The notes: generated from the sequence alone by a model not told the origin. A DNA stretch of 64,000 nucleotides from Thermotogota bacterium (GCA_021161835.1 JAGGZV010000066.1:12108-76107), one strand, 5' to 3'. Counted from the first letter of the stretch, positions 53,410 to 63,546 are shown. Program-made: numbers and translations.

Positions 53410-55494
53410 ATGAAGGAGTACCCCCTCGCTCTTTCGGTGTTGATTTTGATCTTTCTGCTCTTCGGGTGTTCAGCGTTTGAACCTTCAAATACGCATCAGA
53501 CCCTTACCAGTGTGGTTGAGGATCTGACGCTTTTGAAAAAACAGTTGGAAGATGTAATGAACGACATCAAGGAATTGAAAGGGCGCATTGAAGAGCTGGA
53601 AAAAGCTGGAAGGCTTGAAAACGACGAACTTCAGAGTTTGAAAAAAGACGTAAAAGAAGTTGAAAAACAGCTTTCCATGAGTCAGGCGACTTTAACCATC
53701 CTTTCATCCCGTTTCGATATCTTTCAAGAAAAAATGAAAACCCTGGAATCAAAATACGGTAAGCTGAGTTTTGATCTTGTGACCACACATGAAAACCTAT
53801 CCGGCGAGTTGCTGGAATTGAAGAGAGAGCTGGAAGATATGCAGACACGACTTGAGGGTATCTCAGAGGACTTCTCCGGATTGAAGAAGAGTGTGACCGA
53901 ACTCAACGTTGAGGTTTCCAAGCTGCGTTTACAACCGTCTTTTTTGGAGACCATCAAACCGGTTTTCGATAGACTGCAGAGCATAGAAAAACAGCTTAAC
54001 TTGCTGAAGTTTGAAAACGCCCGATTCACCGAGGATATGAAGAAGCAGTACACGGTGATAGACGCGGAAGTGCAGGAGTTGATGAGCCGTGTCGAAAAGG
54101 TGGAAACGGAGTTACGCAGCTCTCAGGAACTCATAGGTAAACTCACGGCAACCAACACAACTGCCTCGGTCGATGTGGAAAGTATTATAAGATACATCAC
54201 AAAACTTCAAGAAAGAGTCAAGAGTGTGGAGGAGAAATATTCGAAACAGGAGATGAAGTATGAATCCCTGGAGGAGAGTATATACAATTACATGACAAAT
54301 CAGATTACTTCTTTGAAAAACACCGTCGATTCCATGCACAGAACCCTCGCCTTTTCATCGGATACGATAGTGCGCTTCAAAGATGAAATCAAATCGATCA
54401 AAGCGGAGCTGAACACTCTGAAAATGGAACTTCCCGCTTTGAAAGCTTCCAATCATTCGACGATGATCGTCGTTGGAGAATCCAAAAAAGTGGAAGAGCT
54501 GGAAAAAGCATTGGAGAGTGTAACGGAAGAATTCGCTCTCAAGCTACGCGATTTGAGAGCATCTTTCAAGCAACTGGAGCTGGTGATCAAAGATACGGAT
54601 GTTAGCGATATTTTTCCGATAGACGGAGGAAGGATAAAGTACCAGATACAAAAAGGCGATACACTTGCAAAGATAAGCGAAGCTTTTGGGATGGGACCAA
54701 GTGGTGTTGAGACCCTGATACGCATCAACAAGATTGCCGACCCCAGACGGTTGCAGATAGGACAGGTTATAGAGATTCCCATAAAAGATATGGCTTCCAT
54801 TTTTACCTGGCCCTTGAGTTCTCGAAAAAGAACGGATTTCAAGAGCATATTGAGATTTTTCGGTGAGCGTATGGGTGTGGGTGTATATCCGGGTGTGGAT
54901 ATAAAGGTGGACATAGCTGACGTGGTGCGCACAATACTGCCCGGTAAGGTTATATCGGTTTCATCGGTTAATGGCCTTTTGAGCGTGAAGGTGTATCATG
55001 GTGAAGATCTCGTATCCGTCTATTCCAACATGAAGATAGTGTATGTACGCGAGGGTGATTTCGTCAGAACGGGTCAACCATTGGGCAAGCTGGGAAGAAC
55101 ACGTGAAGGGTATGTACTCCATCTGGAATTGTGGAAGGATGGTGAGCCGAAAGATCCGGTAAGGCTTCTGTATAAATTGGCTGGCAGTTTCGAAATAACT
55201 TTCTATACTGAATGGGAAGATGGAAAAACCTACTATGATCCGGATTTCAGGGTTACCAAATCGGGGAAGATACCACGCCCTTGGTTAACCGTTGCGGCGG
55301 ATCCCTCTATCTTCCCGTTGGGAACAGTTCTCTACATTCCCGATCTTGCTCCCTATGTGGATGGGCCTCCTTTCTTCGTGGTGGAGGATGTTGGGGGCTC
55401 CATAAAAGGTAACAAGCTGGATATATATGTGGATGATATAAACTTCGCTCTCACCAATAAGTTTGAATGCAGAGTGTACTACTGGGGACTTTGA
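53410..55494 (+). CDS. Lipoprotein with long coiled coil, LysM, degenerate LytM/M23 domain and C-terminal 3D domain
   Basis: The lipobox is LLFGC. About 330 aa of heptad-rich sequence follow. LysM is YQIQKGDTLAKISEAFG...INKIADPRRLQIGQVIEIP. The M23-like block is YPGVDIKV...VLHLELWKDGEPKDP. The 3D block is VAADPSIFPLGTVLYIP...VVEDVGGSIKGNKLDIYV. Confidence 0.8.
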   Translation: MKEYPLALSVLILIFLLFGCSAFEPSNTHQTLTSVVEDLTLLKKQLEDVMNDIKELKGRIEELEKAGRLENDELQSLKKDVKEVEKQLSMSQATLTILSSRFDIFQEKMKTLESKYGKLSFDLVTTHENLSGELLELKRELEDMQTRLEGISEDFSGLKKSVTELNVEVSKLRLQPSFLETIKPVFDRLQSIEKQLNLLKFENARFTEDMKKQYTVIDAEVQELMSRVEKVETELRSSQELIGKLTATNTTASVDVESIIRYITKLQERVKSVEEKYSKQEMKYESLEESIYNYMTNQITSLKNTVDSMHRTLAFSSDTIVRFKDEIKSIKAELNTLKMELPALKASNHSTMIVVGESKKVEELEKALESVTEEFALKLRDLRASFKQLELVIKDTDVSDIFPIDGGRIKYQIQKGDTLAKISEAFGMGPSGVETLIRINKIADPRRLQIGQVIEIPIKDMASIFTWPLSSRKRTDFKSILRFFGERMGVGVYPGVDIKVDIADVVRTILPGKVISVSSVNGLLSVKVYHGEDLVSVYSNMKIVYVREGDFVRTGQPLGKLGRTREGYVLHLELWKDGEPKDPVRLLYKLAGSFEITFYTEWEDGKTYYDPDFRVTKSGKIPRPWLTVAADPSIFPLGTVLYIPDLAPYVDGPPFFVVEDVGGSIKGNKLDIYVDDINFALTNKFECRVYYWGL

Positions 55495-55508
55495 AGGGGG
55501 ATGATTCC

Positions 55509-57008
55509 GTGAAAATACTCAGCGTTGATGAAATGAAGGAGGCAGATACCAGAACCATAGAGGAACTTGGTATACCTTCACAGTTGCTCATGGAGCGAGC
55601 GGGTTTGTCTGTGGTACAGGTCATGATAGAGGAAATCCCCGATCTTTTCAAGTTGAACGTTGTGGTACTATGCGGAAGAGGAAACAACGGTGGAGATGGA
55701 TTGGTGGTTGCCCGTGAACTTCTGCGGAAAGGTTCCAGAGTAACGGTGGTACTCGTGGGAGAACCGCGGAGTGAGGAAAGTGCCAGCAACCTGACGTGGT
55801 ATAGAAGGCTTGGGGGAAAAGTGATAGTACCGGAGAATATCGAGGATCTCAAGGATACCATTGTTGAAGCTCCTGTACTGGTGGATGCGGTTTTCGGCAT
55901 TGGTTTTCGCGGTAATCTGGGAGATGAGTACAGAAAGCTATTCGAATATGCGAATATGTCAAGAGCTTTCAAAGTAGCCGTCGATATTCCATCCGGGGTG
56001 AACGCCGATACAGGTGAAATGGACTTTGCTGTCCATTGTGATGTTACCGTGACTTTTGGAGCTCCAAAACTGGGTCATGTACTCCCACCCGGCCGTTTCG
56101 CATGTGGACGTTTGAAGGTGGCGGACATAGGCATTCCAGAAGAGTACATGACTTCATCCAGATATCTGATAACCGCTTCAAAAGTACGGGCTCTGGTTCC
56201 TCCACGTTATCCCGATTCGCATAAAGGAACCTATGGAAGTGTGCTTGTGGTAGCCGGTTCGCACGAGTACAGTGGTGCCCCACTCCTGACTGTTCTTGGG
56301 GCTCTAGCAACCGGTGTTGGATTGGTATACGCGCTGGTACCTGAAGGAGTCAATTTCGTGCTGACTTCCCGTGCACCTGAAGTCATCGCTCTTCCAGTAC
56401 CTGGCAAACATCATAATCCTGAAGGATTGCGTCTACTGGATGGTATAGAACATAGAATAAAAGCGGTGGTCGTTGGGCCAGGGTTGGGCAGACATGAGGA
56501 AACCCTGAAATTCATTATGGGTTTGTTCGAACGTTTCAAGGATCGCGCCTTCGTCGTGGATGCGGACGCGCTCAACCTGCTTGCAGAGGTGGGTACCGTT
56601 CTCGAGCTATCGGATGCCGTTTTTACACCACATCCTGGTGAGTTCGCGCGACTCACGGGGATGAACGTATCCGAGGTTAAAAATAATTACCGTGTTGCGG
56701 AAGCCTATGCCCTGGATAACGGGGTGAACGTTCTTTTGAAAGGACCCACAACCATCATCACCAATGGAAGGGAAAGCTGGTTCAATATAACGGGTAACTC
56801 CGCTCTGGCAAAGGGAGGAGCGGGTGATGTGTTAAGCGGCTTGATAGGAGGGTTTGCTGCTCAGGGACTTGATACGCTGACAGCTTCGGTGGTTTCAACA
56901 TTTTTACACGGTCGGTGTGCCGATGTGGCAGATGTGAATCCCAGAACTTTCCGTGTTTCCAGCATCGCTGAAATCCTCAGCAAGGTGATGAACGAACTCA
57001 ATCTCTGA
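55509..57008 (+). CDS. nnr: Bifunctional NAD(P)H-hydrate repair enzyme Nnr (epimerase + ADP-dependent dehydratase)
   Basis: GTG 55509 follows GAAGGGGGA. The YjeF-N domain shows VLCGRGNNGGDGLVVAREL. The C-terminal carbohydrate-kinase-like domain shows HKGTYGSVLVVAGS, GPGLG and AKGGAGDVLSG. Confidence 0.9.
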   Translation: MKILSVDEMKEADTRTIEELGIPSQLLMERAGLSVVQVMIEEIPDLFKLNVVVLCGRGNNGGDGLVVARELLRKGSRVTVVLVGEPRSEESASNLTWYRRLGGKVIVPENIEDLKDTIVEAPVLVDAVFGIGFRGNLGDEYRKLFEYANMSRAFKVAVDIPSGVNADTGEMDFAVHCDVTVTFGAPKLGHVLPPGRFACGRLKVADIGIPEEYMTSSRYLITASKVRALVPPRYPDSHKGTYGSVLVVAGSHEYSGAPLLTVLGALATGVGLVYALVPEGVNFVLTSRAPEVIALPVPGKHHNPEGLRLLDGIEHRIKAVVVGPGLGRHEETLKFIMGLFERFKDRAFVVDADALNLLAEVGTVLELSDAVFTPHPGEFARLTGMNVSEVKNNYRVAEAYALDNGVNVLLKGPTTIITNGRESWFNITGNSALAKGGAGDVLSGLIGGFAAQGLDTLTASVVSTFLHGRCADVADVNPRTFRVSSIAEILSKVMNELNL

Positions 57009-57029
57009 AAGATCGAGGGGGTGTACAAA

Positions 57030-57710
57030 GTGGATTTGAGTCAGCTGGATCATATGACTGCTTACCTGCTGGATTACTGGTGGGTAGCTCTCCCTCTTGC
57101 TATCTTTCTGCTGGTGGGACACAAATTGGCTCCCAAAATCATAATCTCGCTTTTCGGATTTTATGGTGGTATCACTCTCATTGTTCCAATGCTCAAGGGT
57201 TTCGAAAAGTTCAGGAGCTTCGTTGAAGCGCATCCTAACATTGAAATGGGAGTCTATTTGCTCATCGGTCTCATCATGGCGGCTCTTCTTTATACCCTTT
57301 ACAGAACGGCAATAATAGTACTGGGATTTCTTGGAGGAGGTATGCTGGGCATAGGTGTATGGTACGTGGTGGGGCTGGTAGCACCGCAGCTGTACGAAAA
57401 GATACCTGTGGACGATATATACGTGGAACTGGTGTTCTTCGGTATCTTCGGTTTCATAGGAGCTGTGGTGGCAGCCAAGAGAGATGAAGCCGTTTCATCC
57501 GCTCTGGCTCTCATAGCCGGTGCAGGTGGAGTTGCATTCATATTGGTGGGACTGTTTCAGATCTATGTGTTGAAGCTGGAGAAACCTTCACTCACACCCT
57601 TGACGGTTTTCGCCATCCTGTGTATTTTTGTCGGTTTGCTGCTTTGCGTGTCTTGGATAACCGGCAGGGTTAGGGCACGAAAGATCGATACAGGTGAAGA
57701 GGAGGGGTAA
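57030..57710 (+). CDS. Polytopic membrane protein, unrecognised (about 6-7 TM, Gly-rich helices)
   Basis: It has hydrophobic periodicity throughout. GTG 57030 lies 8 nt after GAGGGGG, and an alternative GTG is at 57021. Confidence 0.5.
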   Translation: MDLSQLDHMTAYLLDYWWVALPLAIFLLVGHKLAPKIIISLFGFYGGITLIVPMLKGFEKFRSFVEAHPNIEMGVYLLIGLIMAALLYTLYRTAIIVLGFLGGGMLGIGVWYVVGLVAPQLYEKIPVDDIYVELVFFGIFGFIGAVVAAKRDEAVSSALALIAGAGGVAFILVGLFQIYVLKLEKPSLTPLTVFAILCIFVGLLLCVSWITGRVRARKIDTGEEEG

Positions 57711-57760
57711 TTACGAGATCGAAACTCGTTATTTTTGGTGTTCTTCTGTGTTTCGCGATC

Positions 57761-59485
57761 ATGGAAGCAGCTGTATTCTTTGGCAATATACATGCCCACA
57801 CTTCGTATTCCGATGGAGCTGGGGATCCTTTCTATGCTTTCGAATACGCTCGTAAAGTGGCTGGATTGGATTTTCAAGCTGTAACCGATCATGCTTATTA
57901 CCTTGCGCAACCATTGCCCGATGGAAAAGATCGGTATCTTCAGACTTTACAAGCTGCGGCTCTGAAAACCGTCGATGGCGATTTCGTGGCCATAGCTGGC
58001 TTCGAGTGGACAGGAGGCGTGGGCCATATAAATGTGTACGAATCGAAAAAGTGGGTTTCGAGAAACGAATTGGGACTCTTCGATCTTTATCGCTGGATCG
58101 CTAAGAACAGGGTGTTGGCTCAATTCAATCATCCCATTCGCAGGTTTGGCACCTTTTACGATTTCGAGTATGTACCTGCAGCGGACAGATACCTGAACCT
58201 AATGGAAGTTGGGAACGGTAACTGGGCTTCGGGAGATATCATAACATCCGAGATGGAAATGGCATACCGTAAAGCCTTGACCAAGGGCTGGCACGTTGGA
58301 GCAACAGCGAATCAGGACAACCACAGACCCAACTGGGGCACCGCCAACGAAGCTCGAACTGCTGTTATAGCCGAGAAACTAACGAAATCGGATATTTTGA
58401 AAGCTCTGATGGCCAGGCACACCTACGCTACTGAAGATTCCAATGCTTCCGTTACCTTCGCATGTGATAAGGCGATCATGGGTGACATAGTCTACGATGT
58501 GGATACTGCCACGTTAACGATAAAGTTCCGTGATCCCATGGATCCGGCGGAAAAGGTGTGGTTGGTGAGCGAAAAGGGTGAGAATCTCCTGCCGGTATCC
58601 GGAGATGCTTTCGTTTACACCGTAAAAGTGCCGGTGAAAGAATCGTACGAGTGGTACTATGTAAAAATCCGCGAAGCGGATGGTGATGAGATAATAACCT
58701 CTCCCATATGGTTTCAAAGTTCCTCGAAGGTGTATCTGCTGGCTCCCCGACTTGTTCCTTCCAAACCCACCAAGGGAGAAAAGATCAGGCTTTTCTTCGA
58801 TGTGGTGAATCACTCTCACCGAGCGAAAAGGGTTGAGATGGAACTGCGTAGTTCCCAACGGATTGCCAGCACGCTTTTCATTTCCCCTCTCTCTGTGATT
58901 TCAACCTCCGTGGAATTCGTCGCTGAGCAACCCCGGATAGAGGTTTTCCTGAACGATGAAAGGGCTCTGGCGATGGATGTGAAGCTGGTGGATTACGTGG
59001 TGAAGATCGATACAACGCATGAAAACTACCATTCATTGTTTGAACCCTTGCTCGAGGAGTGGGAAAAGCACAGCGTCCGTATCGAAAAGATAGAAAGACT
59101 GATGAGAAAGTCCGATATCGTGAACGCCGATGTTTTGATACTACCACTTCCCGGGAAAGAAGGGTTTTTCCCCTTGAAAAAGCTGAAGAAAACGCAGATA
59201 GAAGCTATCGCTGGATTCGTTAGAGCTGGAGGAATTCTATTGGTGGTATCTTCGTCTGACGGAGTGGAAGAAGATGTCTTGGACACTTACAGAAAACTGT
59301 TTGAAAACCTGAATTTAAGAGTACAAATGGGTGAAGCGGGGAAAAATCTTGAAACAGGTGAATACGAAGTGGATAAGGGTTTGGTGTTCATAGTGAATTT
59401 CGAGGAGCTTGAAAGTAGAATGAAAATATCCGATGTTGTGGAGAAAATATTTAACCGGCTTGATGAACACAGGAGAGGAGGATAA
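57761..59485 (+). CDS. PHP-domain metallohydrolase (CehA/McbA-like) with ~300-aa unrecognised C-terminal region
   Basis: The PHP signature GNIHAHTSYSDG...FQAVTDH...EW is present. The first canonical start is ATG 57761, but the open frame upstream encodes a signal-like peptide (see findings). Confidence 0.7.
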   Translation: MEAAVFFGNIHAHTSYSDGAGDPFYAFEYARKVAGLDFQAVTDHAYYLAQPLPDGKDRYLQTLQAAALKTVDGDFVAIAGFEWTGGVGHINVYESKKWVSRNELGLFDLYRWIAKNRVLAQFNHPIRRFGTFYDFEYVPAADRYLNLMEVGNGNWASGDIITSEMEMAYRKALTKGWHVGATANQDNHRPNWGTANEARTAVIAEKLTKSDILKALMARHTYATEDSNASVTFACDKAIMGDIVYDVDTATLTIKFRDPMDPAEKVWLVSEKGENLLPVSGDAFVYTVKVPVKESYEWYYVKIREADGDEIITSPIWFQSSSKVYLLAPRLVPSKPTKGEKIRLFFDVVNHSHRAKRVEMELRSSQRIASTLFISPLSVISTSVEFVAEQPRIEVFLNDERALAMDVKLVDYVVKIDTTHENYHSLFEPLLEEWEKHSVRIEKIERLMRKSDIVNADVLILPLPGKEGFFPLKKLKKTQIEAIAGFVRAGGILLVVSSSDGVEEDVLDTYRKLFENLNLRVQMGEAGKNLETGEYEVDKGLVFIVNFEELESRMKISDVVEKIFNRLDEHRRGG

Positions 59486-59488
59486 AAA

Positions 59489-60643
59489 GTGAGACTGTTG
59501 CTTAAAGGCGGCAGGGTGTATCCCATAACCTCAAAACCCTTTGTTGGAGACGTTTTGATCGAGGATGGAAAGATAAAGGCATTGGGTGAGAATCTGAGGG
59601 ATTCGAACGCTGAGATCGTGGATGTATCAGGAAAATACGTGTTTCCCGGTTTCGTGGATGCTCATTCTCATATCGGAGTGTTCGAGGAAGGAGTGGGATA
59701 TTACTATCAGGATGGTAACGAGGCCACCGATCCTGTTACCGCTGAAGTGAGGGCGCTAGATGCTTTCTACCCGGAAGACAGCGCGATAGAACGTGCCCTT
59801 TCCGGTGGTGTCACCACCGTGATGGTACTCCCGGGCAGTGCGAATCCTGTGGGTGGACAGGGGGTTATTCTGAAATTCCGTTCCCGGATAGTGGATGAGA
59901 TGGTTGTGAAAGAACCGGCAGGTTTGAAGATGGCCACGGGTGAAAATCCCAAAAGGGTGTATGGAGAAATGAAGAAACAGCCTGGCACGAGATTGGGTAT
60001 AGCAGCCATAATAAGAGGATATTTCCAGCGAGTCCAGAATTACATGCGCAAGAAGGAAGAAGCAGAAAAGGAAGGCAAGAGATTCACGGAGGTGGATCCG
60101 AAACTGGAGATAGGAGAGAAAGTGTTGAAAGGCGAGATACCAGCACGAATACATGCTCACAGGGTGGACGACATTCTCACCGCCGTTCGCATTTCAGAAG
60201 AGTTCGGATTCAGACTGGTCATAGAACATGCAACGGAAAGTTACAAGATAGCTGATTATCTGAAAAGGCGTGGAATTCCCGTGGTGCTTGGACCCTTATT
60301 TGGATTTCGTACAAAGCTTGAGCTGAGGGATATGACATATGAAGCGGTTCGTATCATCAACGAGAAAGGTGTACTGGCTGCCATGATGTGTGATCATCCG
60401 GTTATACATCTGGAGCACATGAACGTTCATCTGGGTGTAGCTCTCAGATACGGTGCTCGGGAAGAAGATCTGTTGAAGATGGGAACCATAAACGCTGCGA
60501 AAATACTCGAAATAGAAGATAGAGTGGGTTCAATAGAAGCAGGTAAGGATGCCGACATCGTCATATGGAGTGGACATCCTTTCGAATTTCGCTCCAGAGT
60601 TGAAAGAGTGTACATAGAAGGCAGGGAAGTTTTCAGGAGATGA
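59489..60643 (+). CDS. Amidohydrolase-superfamily metal-dependent hydrolase
   Basis: It has PGFVDAHSHIG (the HxH metal site), an internal HA...H, and GSIEAGKDADIVIW, typical of the family C-terminus. The GTG start follows GGAGAGGAGGA. Confidence 0.8.
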   Translation: MRLLLKGGRVYPITSKPFVGDVLIEDGKIKALGENLRDSNAEIVDVSGKYVFPGFVDAHSHIGVFEEGVGYYYQDGNEATDPVTAEVRALDAFYPEDSAIERALSGGVTTVMVLPGSANPVGGQGVILKFRSRIVDEMVVKEPAGLKMATGENPKRVYGEMKKQPGTRLGIAAIIRGYFQRVQNYMRKKEEAEKEGKRFTEVDPKLEIGEKVLKGEIPARIHAHRVDDILTAVRISEEFGFRLVIEHATESYKIADYLKRRGIPVVLGPLFGFRTKLELRDMTYEAVRIINEKGVLAAMMCDHPVIHLEHMNVHLGVALRYGAREEDLLKMGTINAAKILEIEDRVGSIEAGKDADIVIWSGHPFEFRSRVERVYIEGREVFRR

Positions 60644-60689
60644 TCGCAGAGACATAGATGTTATATTAGTACGATGGAGGGAAAAATCG

Positions 60690-61502
60690 ATGTACGAGGT
60701 TGTCAGGGAAACGGTAGATTTTCTGAAATCGAAAATCCATGATGTACCTGAAGTCGGTTTGATTTTAGGATCTGGACTGGGTGGTGTGACCGAAAGTTTC
60801 GACGACCCGGTAATCGTGGACTATGAGAACATTCCTAACTTTCCGCGGAGCACCGTCGAGGGACATCCTGGAAAGATGGTGTTCGGTTACTTTGGTGGAC
60901 GAAGCGTGGTTGCTTTGAGTGGTCGATTCCATCTGTACGAGGGACATCCTGTATCCAGGGTGGCCTTTCCCGTTTACGTTTTCAAAATGCTTGGTGTTAG
61001 AGGGTTGATCGTGACGAATGCTGCCGGGGGGATCAATCCGAAGTTCAAACCTGGTGATATAGTGTTCATAAAAGATGTGATAAATCTGGCTTTTTGCAAT
61101 CCACTCCGGGGTCCCAACGATGAGAGGTTGGGTCCAAGATTTCCGGATATGTCCACCCCGACAGACAGAAGATGGTGGGAAAGAATACGAGAAGCTGCTC
61201 AGGCCAAAAGGCTTGAAATCAAGGAAGGGGTCTACGTCTGGGTACGTGGTCCCAGTTACGAGACACCCGCTGAAATAGCCATGATGCGTAAAATGGGCGC
61301 GGATCTTGTGGGAATGTCAACGGTTCCAGAAATAATAGCCGCTTCACATGTGGGTATAAGAACGGTTGCCTTTTCACTGGTTACGAACTATGCATCCGGC
61401 ATAGCGGAAAACAAGCTGAGCCAGGAAGAGGTCATAGAAGTGGCCAACAGAATGAAGGTACGTTTCACCAAGGTGATCTCGATGGCCGTGAAAACTCTTT
61501 GA
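60690..61502 (+). CDS. punA: Purine nucleoside phosphorylase (trimeric PNP-I / PunA type)
   Basis: Motifs seen are LGSGLG, GHPGKMVFG, SGRFHLYEG, TNAAGG, GPSYETPAE and VGMSTVPE. Confidence 0.9.
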   Translation: MYEVVRETVDFLKSKIHDVPEVGLILGSGLGGVTESFDDPVIVDYENIPNFPRSTVEGHPGKMVFGYFGGRSVVALSGRFHLYEGHPVSRVAFPVYVFKMLGVRGLIVTNAAGGINPKFKPGDIVFIKDVINLAFCNPLRGPNDERLGPRFPDMSTPTDRRWWERIREAAQAKRLEIKEGVYVWVRGPSYETPAEIAMMRKMGADLVGMSTVPEIIAASHVGIRTVAFSLVTNYASGIAENKLSQEEVIEVANRMKVRFTKVISMAVKTL

Positions 61503-61516
61503 AGGGGGGATCCGTT

Positions 61517-62356
61517 TTGAGAAAGATCGTGGTGTTGTTGTTGCTGTCGATGATAGGCATGATGGGGCTCGCTTTTTTCGATGAGGCAAGGATTAAAACA
61601 GGTGGTAACATGGTTCTCGAAACCTTTGGTGTACCACCTGACACCACGAACCTTGCTAACATGGTGAATTTCCCGAACTGGTATTTGAGCATGAATGTGG
61701 ATGCATTGCTGACTCAGGCTTCTACGCCCCTTAATGTTTTTAGTTTTACGGTGTTTCAACCGTATTCTCAGGGCTTTGCTGGCTATATAAAGCTCAGGAA
61801 AACTTTGCAGGCCAGTGAAGGATATGAATTCACGTATGCAGTCATGGGTTACATCAGGGAGAACATCTCGTACGGTCTGGCGATATCGTGGTGCAGGGAA
61901 CCTACCGCTTCCTCAACACCTGTTGATGCCCTTGAACTGGATTTCGGGCTTCGTGGTATGGTAGGAGGGGTGACAGCTTACCATGTCTACATCAAAAATT
62001 TCACTTTGTGGTCGTCGCGGGGCATGGTTGAAATAGGTGATGTTGGAGCGGCGGCCGAGCTGGTTGAGCCGGTTAACCTCGTAGCCGAGCTGGGAGTTAA
62101 AAGAGGTGATGTGTGGTACGCCGGGGCGGCAGGTGGTTTCAACATTGCAAAAATATTGTATGCACAGTTTGGGGCTACTGTAAACGTTTCTCTGAGCTCT
62201 CCAAATAAATCCACCATATTGCTGGGTGGTGGTGTTGAACTTCTTCTGGGCGGATTCGATATGTCACTTGGTATTACCGGAGCTGTCAGCGAGAGTGGAG
62301 GAGGTTGTATCCCCTATAAAAGGGCCCTCACTTTTGGGGTGAAGACGATTTGGTGA
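61517..62356 (+). CDS. Exported beta-rich protein, candidate toga/outer-membrane beta-barrel (unrecognised family)
   Basis: TTG 61517 lies 6 nt after GAAGGGGGGA and gives a signal peptide RKIVVLLLLSMIGMMGLA. The body is Gly/aromatic-rich with an alternating pattern. The C-terminus ...ALTFGVKTIW ends in an aromatic residue. Confidence 0.45.
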   Translation: MRKIVVLLLLSMIGMMGLAFFDEARIKTGGNMVLETFGVPPDTTNLANMVNFPNWYLSMNVDALLTQASTPLNVFSFTVFQPYSQGFAGYIKLRKTLQASEGYEFTYAVMGYIRENISYGLAISWCREPTASSTPVDALELDFGLRGMVGGVTAYHVYIKNFTLWSSRGMVEIGDVGAAAELVEPVNLVAELGVKRGDVWYAGAAGGFNIAKILYAQFGATVNVSLSSPNKSTILLGGGVELLLGGFDMSLGITGAVSESGGGCIPYKRALTFGVKTIW

Positions 62357-63546
62357 GATATCAAAAAAGATTGTTCCTGTTTCTTATGATCTTTGTGGGT
62401 TTTTCCGGCAATCTGTTTGGTTTACCATTGCTGGGGGTGAATTACTGGTATTTTGAGCCGCTCACTCCCTCCCAGAAAGAGCTGATGGTGAAGACCTTCC
62501 AGGATCTTCAGCTGGATATCGTGCGCATAGGTGGTTTGTGGTATGACGCACACGGAATAGATGAAAGTGTATTGAAAAGCTTTTTCGAATTCTGTGAAGC
62601 TCTGAATGCCACTCCTCTTGTTCAGGTTCCCTTCAACAGATACGATGTGGACAAAGCGAGAAAATTCGTGAAGAGGGTAAAGACACTCTGGCCCAGGGAA
62701 ATATGGTGGTCCATAGGTAACGAGATGGACATATACACCGATTTGTGGAAAAACAGGGTGTTTTCCTGGATAGAACCCATGAGTATGCGGGAAGCTTTCA
62801 ACAGATTCGATGAGTTCCTCAAGCTCCTGGAAGATTCAGGTGTGAGTACTATATTCGCACCTGACTATTCCTGGAAATGGAGACCCTGGTGGAAAAGACA
62901 CGACTGGATATCGCCGTTCCTGGAAAGGTTTTCAAACAGGATAAGTATCCTGGCCGTTCACAGGTATCCTTTCGATGAAGCTGGTAGTATAAAACAGATC
63001 ATGGATGATGTGGAAGCATTCACGGAAGAAATGTCGAGATTGCGCAGGGTTTTCCCTCAGCATCCGATTTCCCTGACCGAGGTTAATCTAACCTGGAATT
63101 GGGAATACAAAGGCAGGTTCGATGGGCAAAGTTATTGGGCGGGGTTGTGGTTCATAGCGATATACGGCAGAGCAGCGTACCTTGGTTTACACAGTGTGTT
63201 GTTCTGGAGCGTGGTGAACGACAAAACGCTTTCGTTGGTGACTATGAAAGGAAGTCAGATCGAACTTCATCCAACCTACTACGCTCTGAAATTCTGGAGC
63301 GATGTGGAAGGTGAATTGACAAAGCACGAATTATCGAAAACGCTGGATTATTACGTGTTCGAGTCACATGATTCAAGGATTGTCGTGATAGTGAACAAAT
63401 CACCGAAAGAAATGATCGTCGATGTGGATGAAAACATTTCGTTACCCGTTAGACCCTTCACCGCCGTGAAACTGACGATCGACAGGAAAAGTGGCACGAT
63501 AAGACGTAAAGAGATCTTTTCGCAGCAAAATCTACTTCAACGATAG
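62350..63546 (+). CDS. Exported TIM-barrel glycoside-hydrolase-like protein (clan GH-A pattern)
   Basis: The signal-like N-terminus is RLFLFLMIFVGFSGNLFG. WWSIGNEMDIY is a candidate acid/base NE, and ISLTEVNLTW is a candidate nucleophile E. It overlaps the upstream gene by 7 nt. The GH family is not identified. Confidence 0.5.
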   Translation: MVRYQKRLFLFLMIFVGFSGNLFGLPLLGVNYWYFEPLTPSQKELMVKTFQDLQLDIVRIGGLWYDAHGIDESVLKSFFEFCEALNATPLVQVPFNRYDVDKARKFVKRVKTLWPREIWWSIGNEMDIYTDLWKNRVFSWIEPMSMREAFNRFDEFLKLLEDSGVSTIFAPDYSWKWRPWWKRHDWISPFLERFSNRISILAVHRYPFDEAGSIKQIMDDVEAFTEEMSRLRRVFPQHPISLTEVNLTWNWEYKGRFDGQSYWAGLWFIAIYGRAAYLGLHSVLFWSVVNDKTLSLVTMKGSQIELHPTYYALKFWSDVEGELTKHELSKTLDYYVFESHDSRIVVIVNKSPKEMIVDVDENISLPVRPFTAVKLTIDRKSGTIRRKEIFSQQNLLQR

